From assembly GCA_900550175.1 (NCBI GenBank), contig URQX01000001.1:1487-65486 (forward strand): 64,000 nucleotides of DNA. Reading direction: 5' to 3'. The notes beneath the pieces are model-generated. The model saw only the letters and a list, made by a program, of their open reading frames with translations, was not told the DNA's origin and made no database searches. The position numbers were made by a program, and so were the translations under genes. Source of the DNA: an uncultured Veillonella sp. GTDB taxonomy: Bacteria > Bacillota > Negativicutes > Veillonellales > Veillonellaceae. Positions 9,507-18,856 of this stretch are shown one piece after another. Every line of letters starts with the position of its first letter. The stretch's first letter is position 1.

Positions 9507-10987
9507 TATTGTCCTCCTGTAGCTAATGTCATAATCGATTCTGGTGTTGCATCGCAGCGGTCCAAGATACCTGCTACGCGACCTTCATGAATGACCATAA
9601 CGCGGTCGCTCATGCCTAGCACTTCAGGTAACTCAGAGGACACCATGATAATGGACACACCATCGTTCGTTAATTCGTTCATTAAATCATAAATATCACG
9701 TTTCGCGCCGATATCGATACCGCGTGTTGGCTCGTCCATGATGATAATGGATGGCTTTTTACCAACCCATTTAGCGATAACTACCTTTTGTTGGTTACCA
9801 CCAGATAGGGACGATGCCGGTTCGTGAATAGATTGTGTTTTAACGCCTAGCTTTTTAGACAATTCGTCAGCAAAGGAATTGAGCTTGCCCTTATCCAGTA
9901 CATGAGATGGACAAATTTCGCCAAGGTTCGGCAATGTAATATTGGAACCGATGGAGAAATCGAGAATCAAGCCTTCGCTCTTTCTATTTTCTGTGATGAA
10001 AGCAATGCCAGCTTTGATGGCATCTTCTGGTTTTTTACAGTTCAGAACGGATCCGTTAACTGTTACGGTACCGCCATTGTGTTTATCTACACCAAAGATA
10101 GCGCGCATGATTTCTGTACGGCCAGCACCCATGAGACCTGCTACGCCGAGGATTTCACCTTTGCGCAAGGAGAAGGTGATTTCGCTGTCGAAACCTTCTG
10201 GTTTAAGGTTATCAACGCTCATCACAACTTCGCCTGGTGTAGTTGTACGAGCAGGGTAGAACTCGTCGATAGAACGACCTACCATGTGGCGTACCACTTC
10301 GTCTACAGAAATCTCAGCAGTTGGCTTCGTAATGATGGTATGACCATCACGCATAACCGTTATAGTATCGCATTCGCTAAATACCTCTTCCATACGGTGA
10401 GAGATATATACGATTGCCACGCCGCGAGCTTTCATTTTGCGCATCATTTTGAACAATGTCGCCGTTTCACGCTCGGTGAGGGCTGCTGTCGGTTCGTCCA
10501 TGATGACAACCTTGGCATCTAACATCAAGATACGAAGGATTTCCGTCATCTGTTGGTGACCGACGGAGCAAAGGCCTGCTTCCGTTGTGAGCGGCAATTC
10601 GATGCCTAGTTCGCGGCACGTATTTTGTGCTTCTTCAAGCATCGCCTTTTTATCGAGCATACCGAATTTATTGCGCTTCGGTCTCATTAAATATAGATTT
10701 TCTAACAATGTTAGATTTGGCCAAATGTTGAGCTCTTGGTGGATGAACGCCACACCGTTTAGCTCAGCCTCTCTCGGGTTCGGGAAGGTCCGCTCCACAC
10801 CGTCGATGGTGATTTTACCAGCGTCTGCCTTGTGAATGCCCGTAAGGATATTCATGAGGGTGGACTTGCCGGCGCCGTTTTCACCCATCAAGGCGTGAAC
10901 CTCGCCCTCCTTGAGGGTAATACTTACATCGCGTAGTACTTGGTTCGTACCAAATGCCTTTGCAATGCCTGACATAACAATTTCCAT
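9506..10987 (-). CDS. rbsA: Ribose ABC transporter ATP-binding protein (two ABC domains)
   Basis: GENGAGKST, LSGGNQQK, DEPTRGIDIGAK. Confidence 0.93.
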   Translation of the reverse strand: MEIVMSGIAKAFGTNQVLRDVSITLKEGEVHALMGENGAGKSTLMNILTGIHKADAGKITIDGVERTFPNPREAELNGVAFIHQELNIWPNLTLLENLYLMRPKRNKFGMLDKKAMLEEAQNTCRELGIELPLTTEAGLCSVGHQQMTEILRILMLDAKVVIMDEPTAALTERETATLFKMMRKMKARGVAIVYISHRMEEVFSECDTITVMRDGHTIITKPTAEISVDEVVRHMVGRSIDEFYPARTTTPGEVVMSVDNLKPEGFDSEITFSLRKGEILGVAGLMGAGRTEIMRAIFGVDKHNGGTVTVNGSVLNCKKPEDAIKAGIAFITENRKSEGLILDFSIGSNITLPNLGEICPSHVLDKGKLNSFADELSKKLGVKTQSIHEPASSLSGGNQQKVVIAKWVGKKPSIIIMDEPTRGIDIGAKRDIYDLMNELTNDGVSIIMVSSELPEVLGMSDRVMVIHEGRVAGILDRCDATPESIMTLATGGQ

Positions 10988-11032
10988 AACTACTCCTATA
11001 CGACTTGTGAAAGTATCTCTTAACCTATTGCT

Positions 11033-11446
11033 CTAGGGACGATCGCTGAAAATACAATCGGCGCGCAAGATAATGTTCGCATACGGAGATGCTTCACCAG
11101 TTCTAATAATGCATTTGCATTGTTTTGTTGCTTCTTTGAAAGCTTCATGGCTCGTCTTAATCCATTCGTATTGACTGGATGGGAAGGTAGACTCCAAGAA
11201 GTCATAAGCTTTAGGATTATGTTCCTTAATTTCCTTTGCCACATGAACTGCTTCGGATTTCATATGCTTAGCGATGATGGATACCACTTGCTCGAAGCTT
11301 GGTACACCAAAATCTAAGGCTAAATCAATCTTTTGAACCCCTTCAGATACTGGCAATCCGCAGTCGGAGATACAAATTGTATCTGTATGACCTAAATCAG
11401 CAAGCACCTTAGCAATATGGCTATTTAAAATGCCGTGTCGTTGCAT
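11033..11446 (-). CDS. rbsD: D-ribose pyranase
   Basis: GILNS...LGHTD..I.DCGLP, IDLAL and RTGEASPYAN motifs. Confidence 0.95.
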   Translation of the reverse strand: MQRHGILNSHIAKVLADLGHTDTICISDCGLPVSEGVQKIDLALDFGVPSFEQVVSIIAKHMKSEAVHVAKEIKEHNPKAYDFLESTFPSSQYEWIKTSHEAFKEATKQCKCIIRTGEASPYANIILRADCIFSDRP

Positions 11447-11501
11447 GGATAACTCCTTTTTCTATTCTAATGAGTGAGGTTTTAAAGGTCTATTCAATAT
11501 G

Positions 11502-12389
11502 CTAACTCTTTGCCAAGAATGCAGCGACCTCGTCTTTTGTAGGCATGCCGCCTTGAGCGCCCAAACGTTGGATGGAGAGGGCCGCAGCTGCATTACCGTA
11601 GTGCAACGCGTCAGCTAAGCTTTTACCATTGACAATAGCTGTTGCAAAGGCTCCGTTGAAAGTATCGCCTGCGCCAGTAGTATCTACTGGTTTAACCTTG
11701 AAGCCAGATACGGTGTGGATTTCGCCATTATCTGCATAACCTACGCCCTTGCTACCAAGGGTAACGATGATTTTATTTTCGTTAGCGAACAATGTTTCCT
11801 CAGTAGATTGACTAGGGTAGAGGGCAGATAGCTCATGCTCATTTGGCGTAATATAGGTTGCCAATTCTAACCATTCAGGATTGAGGTCAGCTGCTGGAGC
11901 TGGATTTAAGAGGACTTTCACATTAGCCTCGTGGCAACGACGAACGATATATTCGATGGTGGGAATAGGAATCTCATTTTGCACCATTACGAGATCTGCT
12001 TGCTCAATGGCAGACCAAGCATTATCTACTACAGATTGATCTACCTTAGCATTAGCACCTGGAATAACGATAATGCTGTTATCGCCTTCAGCCAATGTAA
12101 TGTGGGCTGTACCAGTTGTAGTGTCTGGAACGGTAACGATGTAGTCTGTATTGATATGATTTTCCTTTAGGTTATCCTTAATCATTTGGCCGTATGCATC
12201 TTCGCCGATACAACCAACCATAGTAACCTCTGCGCCTAGGCGAGCAGCAGCTACCGCTTGGTTTGCACCTTTACCGCCGTGAGCGATGTGCAATTCGTTG
12301 CCCATGATTGTTTCGCCTGCCGCCGGACGTTTATCGGCGAGCACTACAATATCCATGTTGCAACTACCTATAACAACAATGCGATTCAT
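11502..12389 (-). CDS. rbsK: Ribokinase
   Basis: GGKGANQAVAAARLG and DTTGAGDTFNG PfkB motifs. Confidence 0.95.
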   Translation of the reverse strand: MNRIVVIGSCNMDIVVLADKRPAAGETIMGNELHIAHGGKGANQAVAAARLGAEVTMVGCIGEDAYGQMIKDNLKENHINTDYIVTVPDTTTGTAHITLAEGDNSIIVIPGANAKVDQSVVDNAWSAIEQADLVMVQNEIPIPTIEYIVRRCHEANVKVLLNPAPAADLNPEWLELATYITPNEHELSALYPSQSTEETLFANENKIIVTLGSKGVGYADNGEIHTVSGFKVKPVDTTGAGDTFNGAFATAIVNGKSLADALHYGNAAAALSIQRLGAQGGMPTKDEVAAFLAKS

Positions 12390-12710
12390 AATAACTCCTT
12401 AATCAGCCTCAGCCCTAAGTGGGACTAAAAATGGATATCGTTAATTTTTATACATGAATTCCGAAATGTTTTATGCAGAGAAATGTATATATAAATGGTA
12501 TCGATAACCGCATAGGCGTTTACTTTCACATATCTATTAGTATAACTTAATCATTTATTAGTATAGCGTAAATACAGAACTTTATCTATATAAATAACTA
12601 TAAAATATGGGAATAAGAAAAGGTATATTCAAAATCTATGTTACATGAGTAAAAATGTACCGATTAGATTTTGGATATACCTTATATTAAAAATTAATAG
12701 ACTATACTAT

Positions 12711-12893
12711 TTATATTTTTTCTAACATTTTATCTATGCTATCAAAGGATTTCTCTAGAGATAGAGTACGCCCTTGGATAATATCATTTTGGCCTTCTAC
12801 AATAGCAGATAATATATCTATCTTAGCTTGTAAAATGCTAGTTGTAGTATCATTAATATTTATTGTATTACTGTAGCTTTTACCTATATTCAT
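12711..12893 (-). CDS. Small hypothetical protein, possibly the C-terminal relic of a Phd/YefM-type antitoxin
   Basis: ILSAIVEGQNDIIQGRTLS resembles antitoxin C-terminal segments. No N-terminal DNA-binding domain. Confidence 0.3.
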   Translation of the reverse strand: MNIGKSYSNTININDTTTSILQAKIDILSAIVEGQNDIIQGRTLSLEKSFDSIDKMLEKI

Positions 12894-12929
12894 AGTCTGT
12901 TTGGCCTTTGTTCTTAATATAGTTATATA

Positions 12930-13586
12930 TTAGTGAAAGCTTGGTTTGTCGTAGTGTGTGCCTGGTTCGCCAATACCGATGCTTGCGCGGTGGAATGGTG
13001 TTTCATCATCTACATGTAAGATGTCAAAGATAGCTTTTACTACAGCTTCCCGTGTAACTTGGGCATCGTTAAATTGAACGCCTTCAGGGATGAGCTCATA
13101 ATTTGTGTTTTCTGGATTATTGTAGAGCCATGTGAGGCGCAAGATTGTGTAGTTTAAATTGGATTCGCGCAACACATTGCGTGCTTGACGTTCGCCTTGG
13201 ACATAGCTAATAGGCAAGCTGTCGAAGGTCCATTTTTCAAGAGCTGCAGGGAATTCACCAGAAAGACCGGCCATGGAAAGACCGATAACACGGCGTACAT
13301 TTTTACGGCTCAATGCTTTCACAATAGCCGCCATATCGCTGCCAGATTCCATAGCGCCTACAAATACGATCTCTGCATTTGTCACAGCTTCTTCTAGTTT
13401 AGCAGGATTTTGGAAGGAACCTTCGATGACCGTAACGCGTTCATGCTCTAAGATTTCTGGATGTAAACGAGTACTCAATTGGCGACCATATAATGTAAGG
13501 TGCATATCTGTATATGTTAATAATGTAGCAGTCAATTTTTGTGCAATTTGGCCAGCGGCCCCTAAAATTGTAATATATTTGTACAT
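12930..13586 (-). CDS. NAD(P)-binding Rossmann-fold protein (atypical SDR / NmrA-like)
   Basis: ILGAAGQIA glycine-rich start, LNYTILRLTWL, VTREAV. Confidence 0.82.
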   Translation of the reverse strand: MYKYITILGAAGQIAQKLTATLLTYTDMHLTLYGRQLSTRLHPEILEHERVTVIEGSFQNPAKLEEAVTNAEIVFVGAMESGSDMAAIVKALSRKNVRRVIGLSMAGLSGEFPAALEKWTFDSLPISYVQGERQARNVLRESNLNYTILRLTWLYNNPENTNYELIPEGVQFNDAQVTREAVVKAIFDILHVDDETPFHRASIGIGEPGTHYDKPSFH

Positions 13587-13665
13587 ATAGACCTCCTATG
13601 TCCTAGGCATAAGTATTTATATGCATTATATCACAACTATATGACGAGAAAGTGAGAATAACAAT

Positions 13666-14187
13666 TTAATTAATAGCTAGAATTTCTTTTGTTGTTTTTA
13701 GTTGCGCAAATCGATTTCGCCAAATCTTTTCTTTGTAAAAGGATAGGATTTTATCTGCTGGTAGATGCTCATTATCAAAGGTTGAGATAGCATCTTCGAC
13801 GATGGTGATTTTATAACCATATTCAAAGCCTACTTTCACAGATGTATCAATGCAAAATTCCACTTGCATTCCTACAAATGTTAAATCGGTAATATTTTTT
13901 CGGTTTAAATATTCCTTTAATTCAGTGTCCTTGAAGATGCTATTGTAATATTTATTGAAAATCTTTTCGTTTTCTTGAGGCTTTAATTCGTGATAGACTT
14001 GCCAATTATCACTACCCATTGCTAATAAACCTTCATCTTCAGAATGTCTCATAAAAATTACTTCTATATTTTGATCTCTGAAATGTTGAATGATTGCTTT
14101 TGTATTTATGATAAAATTTTTTGTATCGAAAGGATTTTCTTTAACTAAGCCTTCTTGTATGTCGATTACGATTAATGCTTGTGCCAT
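13666..14187 (-). CDS. Isochorismatase-family cysteine hydrolase
   Basis: ALIVIDIQ, K..NSIF and G.QVEFCIDTS motifs giving the D-K-C triad. Confidence 0.9.
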   Translation of the reverse strand: MAQALIVIDIQEGLVKENPFDTKNFIINTKAIIQHFRDQNIEVIFMRHSEDEGLLAMGSDNWQVYHELKPQENEKIFNKYYNSIFKDTELKEYLNRKNITDLTFVGMQVEFCIDTSVKVGFEYGYKITIVEDAISTFDNEHLPADKILSFYKEKIWRNRFAQLKTTKEILAIN

Positions 14188-14476
14188 GATGTATTTCCTT
14201 TATTAAAAATAAATTATATGTATTACGTGAATGTAATTAGAATTTATTATATTAGTTATTAAATTATTGTCGATTTCTTCGTATATAAGTATCTATGCAC
14301 ATTATATAACAAGTATATAACAAGAAAAGGAAGAAAGCAGTATCATATATGTTGATAGTAATTTTAAGAAATGTTGTAAAATCTGATGTTGAATTTACAT
14401 GATAATTTAACTACAATAATGATAAGATATTAGAAAGATGAGTGTTATATCACTAAAGTATTTTGGAGGTGATAGT

Positions 14477-14722
14477 ATGCCAAATATAAAACCTATTTCA
14501 GATTTACGTAATTATTCTGAAGTTTTACGTGATGTTACTATAGATAGTCCCGTATTCTTAACTAAAAATGGTAGAGGTAGATATGCAATTATGGATATTC
14601 AAGATTATGAACGTGTAATGGCTACTATAAAACTTATGGGGGCTTTAGAGACAGGTCGTAAATCTGGTGAAGAACGAGGCTGGATTTCATCAGAGCAACT
14701 AAAGAGTGAATTGGGGATTTAA
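14477..14722 (+). CDS. Type II antitoxin, Phd/YefM family
   Basis: MPNIKPISDLRNY...PVFLTKNGRG. Start follows GGAGG. Confidence 0.88.
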   Translation: MPNIKPISDLRNYSEVLRDVTIDSPVFLTKNGRGRYAIMDIQDYERVMATIKLMGALETGRKSGEERGWISSEQLKSELGI

Positions 14723-14724
14723 TT

Positions 14725-15045
14725 ATGAATAATCAAATTAGCTATGCACCAAAAGCACGAGAAGATTTGCTAGAAATAAAATCTTTTATAGAAGAAGAAA
14801 CCGGTGATATTGAGCTAGCTAAGAAAACCGTTTCGGATATAGTGACTACGAATGACTCGTTGAGTATATTTCCAGAAATGGGGCAGCGATTATTGATTAA
14901 TTTAGAAAGTAAAATTGAATACAGATATTTACTTTGTCATAATTATTTAAGCTTTTACCGTTATTTAGACCGGACTATCTATATTGATAGAATATTAAAC
15001 AGTAGACGTGATTATCTTAGAATACTATTAGATGAAGTACATTAG
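14725..15045 (+). CDS. Type II toxin, RelE/ParE family
   Basis: APKAREDLLEI..FI, L..FPEMG, YR.L....YLSFY, IDRILNSRRDY. Lies directly downstream of the antitoxin. Confidence 0.88.
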   Translation: MNNQISYAPKAREDLLEIKSFIEEETGDIELAKKTVSDIVTTNDSLSIFPEMGQRLLINLESKIEYRYLLCHNYLSFYRYLDRTIYIDRILNSRRDYLRILLDEVH

Positions 15046-15050
15046 TTCTT

Positions 15051-15082
15051 AAAAGCACTATCGTTAATAGATGGTGCTTTTT
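15051..15082 (+). terminator. Intrinsic terminator
   Basis: aaaagcactatc / gatggtgctttt stem with T-run. Confidence 0.7.
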
Positions 15083-15187
15083 ATCATATGATAAAGATAC
15101 TATTTATTAATAGTATCTTGGCTTTAACAAATTCTCGAAGGATGTTAAAATAGACACTATATATTCATTTTTAGAAAAGAGGCTATT

Positions 15188-16789
15188 ATGGAACGGATTC
15201 AAGATCTTGTGTACACGCATGTGCAGGGTGGCCAGTTTAGATGGGTTACTGTTAGCACATTGATGCTCGCATTGGGCACGATATTGCATTTGGTGAGCCC
15301 TAGTGTGGCTGGGGTAACGCCGAACTGGACGATTGCTACGTATTGCGTAGCTATTTTATTGACTCGTCCTAGTTTAAGTCAAACGTTGGGGATTGGCCTT
15401 GTAGCGGCCCTTATTAATGTTTTGACATCTAAGTCAGCATTCCCTTACGGCAACTTGTTGTCTGAACCAGGTGGTGCGTTGACAGCAGCTCTCGTGACGC
15501 GCGCTATGTTGTCTGTGAAGTTCCGTAAAATCGGTGGTTTTGATTTGACGCCAATCCTATCTGGCTTTTTAGCTACTGTTGTATCTGGTGGTATCTTCGT
15601 TACCATCTTGTGGAAAGTATTGGGCTTACCAGACAATGTATATATGTATGGTATGTGGCCTATGGTTCTTATCGTAGGCGCTTTGAACGGTGCCATTACG
15701 CCAATCTTGTATATTCCGGCGCAACGTCTATTCTCCAAACGCGGAATGTTGCCAAGTACAGATCAATTGACATCTGACCATAGTCATATGACGATTTTGC
15801 CTGAACGCCAAGCTAAGATCTCCATTGAACACGTAAATTACTACCATCCAAAGGCGACTACACCATCTCTTGAAAATATCAATCTCGACGTACATGATGG
15901 GGACTTCCTCGTTGTGACTGGGCCTGCCGGTTGTGGTAAAAGTACCCTTTGCATGGCCATGGTAGGGGCTGTACCTAAATTCTACGGCGGTCGCCTTGAA
16001 GGCATGGTGTTCGTAGATGGTAAAGCGACTACGCAAATGGAAATTCCAGAGCTAGCGAACCATATCGGTGTTGTTCTCGCTGATTACGATACACAACTCG
16101 TAACGATGACAGTTCGTGAAGAAGTGGCCTTTGCCATGGAAAACCGCGGTTATGACCGTGACACAATTAAAGCTCGTTCTGAAGAGGTGTTTGCACAAGT
16201 TGGTCTTATCGGCTTAGAAGATCGCAAAATTACTAGTCTATCCGGTGGTCAACGCCAACGTTTGGCGATTGCTTCCGTATTGGCTACGAACCCAACTGTT
16301 CTAGTTCTTGATGAACCAACAAGCTCCCTCGACCCAGATGGGACTGCAGAATTATATCGCCTCGTAGGTGATTTGAACAAGAAACACGGTATTACCGTTG
16401 TCGTTATCGACCATGACTTACATGCTGTATTGCCGTATGCAAACCGCATGGCTCTCATGGTGGATGGCTCTATTGCATGTGATGATGATGTACCAACTAC
16501 GCTTCGTTACATGTACGAACACAATATTCACGTTGATGCGTTGCCATCCGTGTTCACCACGTACATGGAACTTGAACAAGCGGGATTCCACAGCGATGAG
16601 CCTTGGCTTAGCATCGAGTCTGCTATCAAGGGCTTGCACCAAATTGAAATGGCTCACGCCATCCAAACTGAGGTGCATGGTGAAAGCAACTCTACCAATA
16701 AGCAAACAAATACTACTGTAGTAGAAGATAGAAAACCGATTCAACGCGTTGATGATGTACAAGGAAAGGACGGTGGCGCTCATGCTTAA
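15188..16789 (+). CDS. ECF transporter S-component (TrpP-like) fused to an EcfA ATPase
   Basis: About 180 hydrophobic N-terminal residues, then GPAGCGKST, LSGGQRQR and LDEPTSSLD. Confidence 0.85.
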   Translation: MERIQDLVYTHVQGGQFRWVTVSTLMLALGTILHLVSPSVAGVTPNWTIATYCVAILLTRPSLSQTLGIGLVAALINVLTSKSAFPYGNLLSEPGGALTAALVTRAMLSVKFRKIGGFDLTPILSGFLATVVSGGIFVTILWKVLGLPDNVYMYGMWPMVLIVGALNGAITPILYIPAQRLFSKRGMLPSTDQLTSDHSHMTILPERQAKISIEHVNYYHPKATTPSLENINLDVHDGDFLVVTGPAGCGKSTLCMAMVGAVPKFYGGRLEGMVFVDGKATTQMEIPELANHIGVVLADYDTQLVTMTVREEVAFAMENRGYDRDTIKARSEEVFAQVGLIGLEDRKITSLSGGQRQRLAIASVLATNPTVLVLDEPTSSLDPDGTAELYRLVGDLNKKHGITVVVIDHDLHAVLPYANRMALMVDGSIACDDDVPTTLRYMYEHNIHVDALPSVFTTYMELEQAGFHSDEPWLSIESAIKGLHQIEMAHAIQTEVHGESNSTNKQTNTTVVEDRKPIQRVDDVQGKDGGAHA

Positions 16790-17594
16790 GGTTGAAAATA
16801 TCCGCTTTGGCTATGTGCCATCCGTAGACATTTTCCGTGATGTGACTTTCACCATCGAAGGTGGCGAATATATTGCCATCGGTGGTCGCAATGGTTGTGG
16901 TAAAACGACCATCACTCGTTTGCTCGTTGGTCTTGAAAAGGCGAGCGAAGGCCGCATGTACTATAACGGCACGGATATTACGTCTATGCCGCCATCTAAA
17001 CGTGGTCAATTTATTGGTTATGTATTTCAACAACCAGATCGCCAAATGTTCAGACCAACAGTAGCCACAGAGGTTGCCTTCGGTCCTGAATCATTAGGTC
17101 GCAGTAAATCCGAAGTGAAACGCATCGTTGATGAAGTGTTGGAACGTACCGGTATCGCTCACTTACGTGAAGCCTATCCTCCAACATTGCGCCGCGGTGA
17201 AAAACAACGCGTTGCTATCGCTTCTGCACTAGCAATGCAATCTAAAATCCTCATCCTCGACGAACCAACAAGTGGTCAAGATGGTAAGGAAACTAAAGAG
17301 TTGTTAGCACTATTGCGTCAACTTAATCAAGAAGGTATTACAATCCTTCTCATTACACATGATATGGAAATCATGGCTAGCGAATGTAGCCGTGCCCTCA
17401 TCATGGGTAACCAAACCGTTGCTTTTGATGGCAGTCCAGAAGAATTATTTAGGAAATCTACGGACGAATTGCAAGACCTAGGCCTTACGAAACCGCCAAG
17501 TGTGGAACTTTCACTAGCGGTACCATCCCTCGGTTATTGCAAATCCATGGATGAATTGAAGTCTAAGTTAGTGGCTCAGTTGGGCAGAAAATAG
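16782..17594 (+). CDS. ECF transporter ATPase (second)
   Basis: GRNGCGKTT, FQQPDRQMF, DEPTSGQD. ABC signature is degenerate (LRRGE). Confidence 0.88.
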   Translation: MLKVENIRFGYVPSVDIFRDVTFTIEGGEYIAIGGRNGCGKTTITRLLVGLEKASEGRMYYNGTDITSMPPSKRGQFIGYVFQQPDRQMFRPTVATEVAFGPESLGRSKSEVKRIVDEVLERTGIAHLREAYPPTLRRGEKQRVAIASALAMQSKILILDEPTSGQDGKETKELLALLRQLNQEGITILLITHDMEIMASECSRALIMGNQTVAFDGSPEELFRKSTDELQDLGLTKPPSVELSLAVPSLGYCKSMDELKSKLVAQLGRK

Positions 17595-17603
17595 GAGGGA
17601 CAT

Positions 17604-18272
17604 ATGGAACGTTTAGTACCGTTAACAAAAATCTTGATGACCCTCGCTGTATCCGTGTGGGCCATTCTATTGCGCGATTGGGCATCTCTATTGGCCTTAG
17701 TCGTTGTAGAACTTGTCGTGTTATTTGTAGCTGGTTTGCTATTTAAACAACACAAAGCCGTATTGGCATTGACAAGCTTTGCCGTATTCCTTGGTGTTAT
17801 CCAATTTCTCGGCAGCGGTGATGTAACATCTGCCATCGTATCTGGCTTGCGTATGCTTGCTATGACGCTTGTGTTTATCTGTTTATTGGCAACTACAAAA
17901 TTGCAAGACCTTACAGCAGCGCTCGTAACACAATGCAAAATTCCTTATGAATATGCATTTATGTTCACTGCAGCACTACGCTTTGTGCCTGACTTTATTG
18001 CTGAAAGTCATGCTGTACAAGAGGCGCAAGCGTGCCGTGGTTTATCCTTAGAAGGCAACTTCATTAAACGCATGAAATCTTACGCATCCGTTATCCAACC
18101 ATTGCTCTTAAAATCCTTGGGCCGCTCCGAAACAATGGCGCTGTCCCTAGAACTACGCGGCTTCGGTGGACCTACACATAGCTTTGCAGCATCCGTAGGA
18201 TTGAAAACTGTGGACTATGCTGTAATTGGTACATTGATTGCTATTACAATACTACTATTTGTAATTGTGTAA
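17604..18272 (+). CDS. ECF transporter transmembrane T component
   Basis: ALRFVP, AQACRG and LELRGF motifs. Confidence 0.9.
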   Translation: MERLVPLTKILMTLAVSVWAILLRDWASLLALVVVELVVLFVAGLLFKQHKAVLALTSFAVFLGVIQFLGSGDVTSAIVSGLRMLAMTLVFICLLATTKLQDLTAALVTQCKIPYEYAFMFTAALRFVPDFIAESHAVQEAQACRGLSLEGNFIKRMKSYASVIQPLLLKSLGRSETMALSLELRGFGGPTHSFAASVGLKTVDYAVIGTLIAITILLFVIV

Positions 18273-18315
18273 TAGATAGAACTAGACAAATTCATAGAAT
18301 AAGGTATACTATAAT

Positions 18316-18397
18316 TAGCTTAAAGAGTATGAGGTATCTTAATTGGTACACGTAAAAAGACCCCCTAGGAATGGCGAAATACCTAGGGGGCTTTTTA
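18316..18397 (+). ncRNA. Putative antitoxin sRNA (par RNA II-like), about 80 nt
   Basis: Promoter TAGACA (18283-18288) / TATACT (18305-18310). Carries copies of taaagagtatgagg and attggtacac, which recur at the toxin start. Ends in a strong terminator. The 5' end is approximate. Confidence 0.7.
18354..18397. terminator. Bidirectional terminator shared by the sRNA and the toxin mRNA
   Basis: aaaaagaccccctagg ... cctagggggcttttt. Confidence 0.85.
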
Positions 18398-18430
18398 TTT
18401 ATCTTTTCACGGAGATAAACCGACGCTCAA

Positions 18431-18526
18431 TCACCAGTTTAAATACCAGTCGAGCAATTTATAAATGAGGTAGCTAACCACATTTATCGTAACTGGTATA
18501 ATAAAGAGTATGAGGAATTTTCTCAT
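18431..18526 (-). CDS. Type I toxin peptide, Fst/Ldr-like, 31 aa (MRKFLILFIIPVTINVVSYLIYKLLDWYLNW)
   Basis: Manual translation (below the ORF-track cutoff). Strong AAGGAGG RBS at 18534-18540, single hydrophobic helix with Pro11, extended -10 TGcTATAAT at 18581-18589 (minus strand). Confidence 0.78.
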   Translation of the reverse strand: MRKFLILFIIPVTINVVSYLIYKLLDWYLNW

Positions 18527-18856
18527 TGGTACACCTCCTTCCTGTACCTGTTTCCCCAGGATGGAGTTGGTGACATCTTGATTATAGCAAAACTTCAATT
18601 TCATAAATAGCGATATACAAGTTATTGTCTATAGATTTTAAAGAATAATGATAGATTAGGAGTATATTACTATCGCATTGATGATGTACAAGGAAAGTAT
18701 ATAAGTAAAAAAAGAGCTTTTTACTTATATATATTTCAAAACACAAAACTGAGTGGTAAAAAATGTTGTTTTTACCACTCAGTTTTGCTATATTGGAGGT
18801 ATAAAAGTAAAATTTACGATTTTTACATTTCAATGGATTATGAAAGGTAAAACGCT

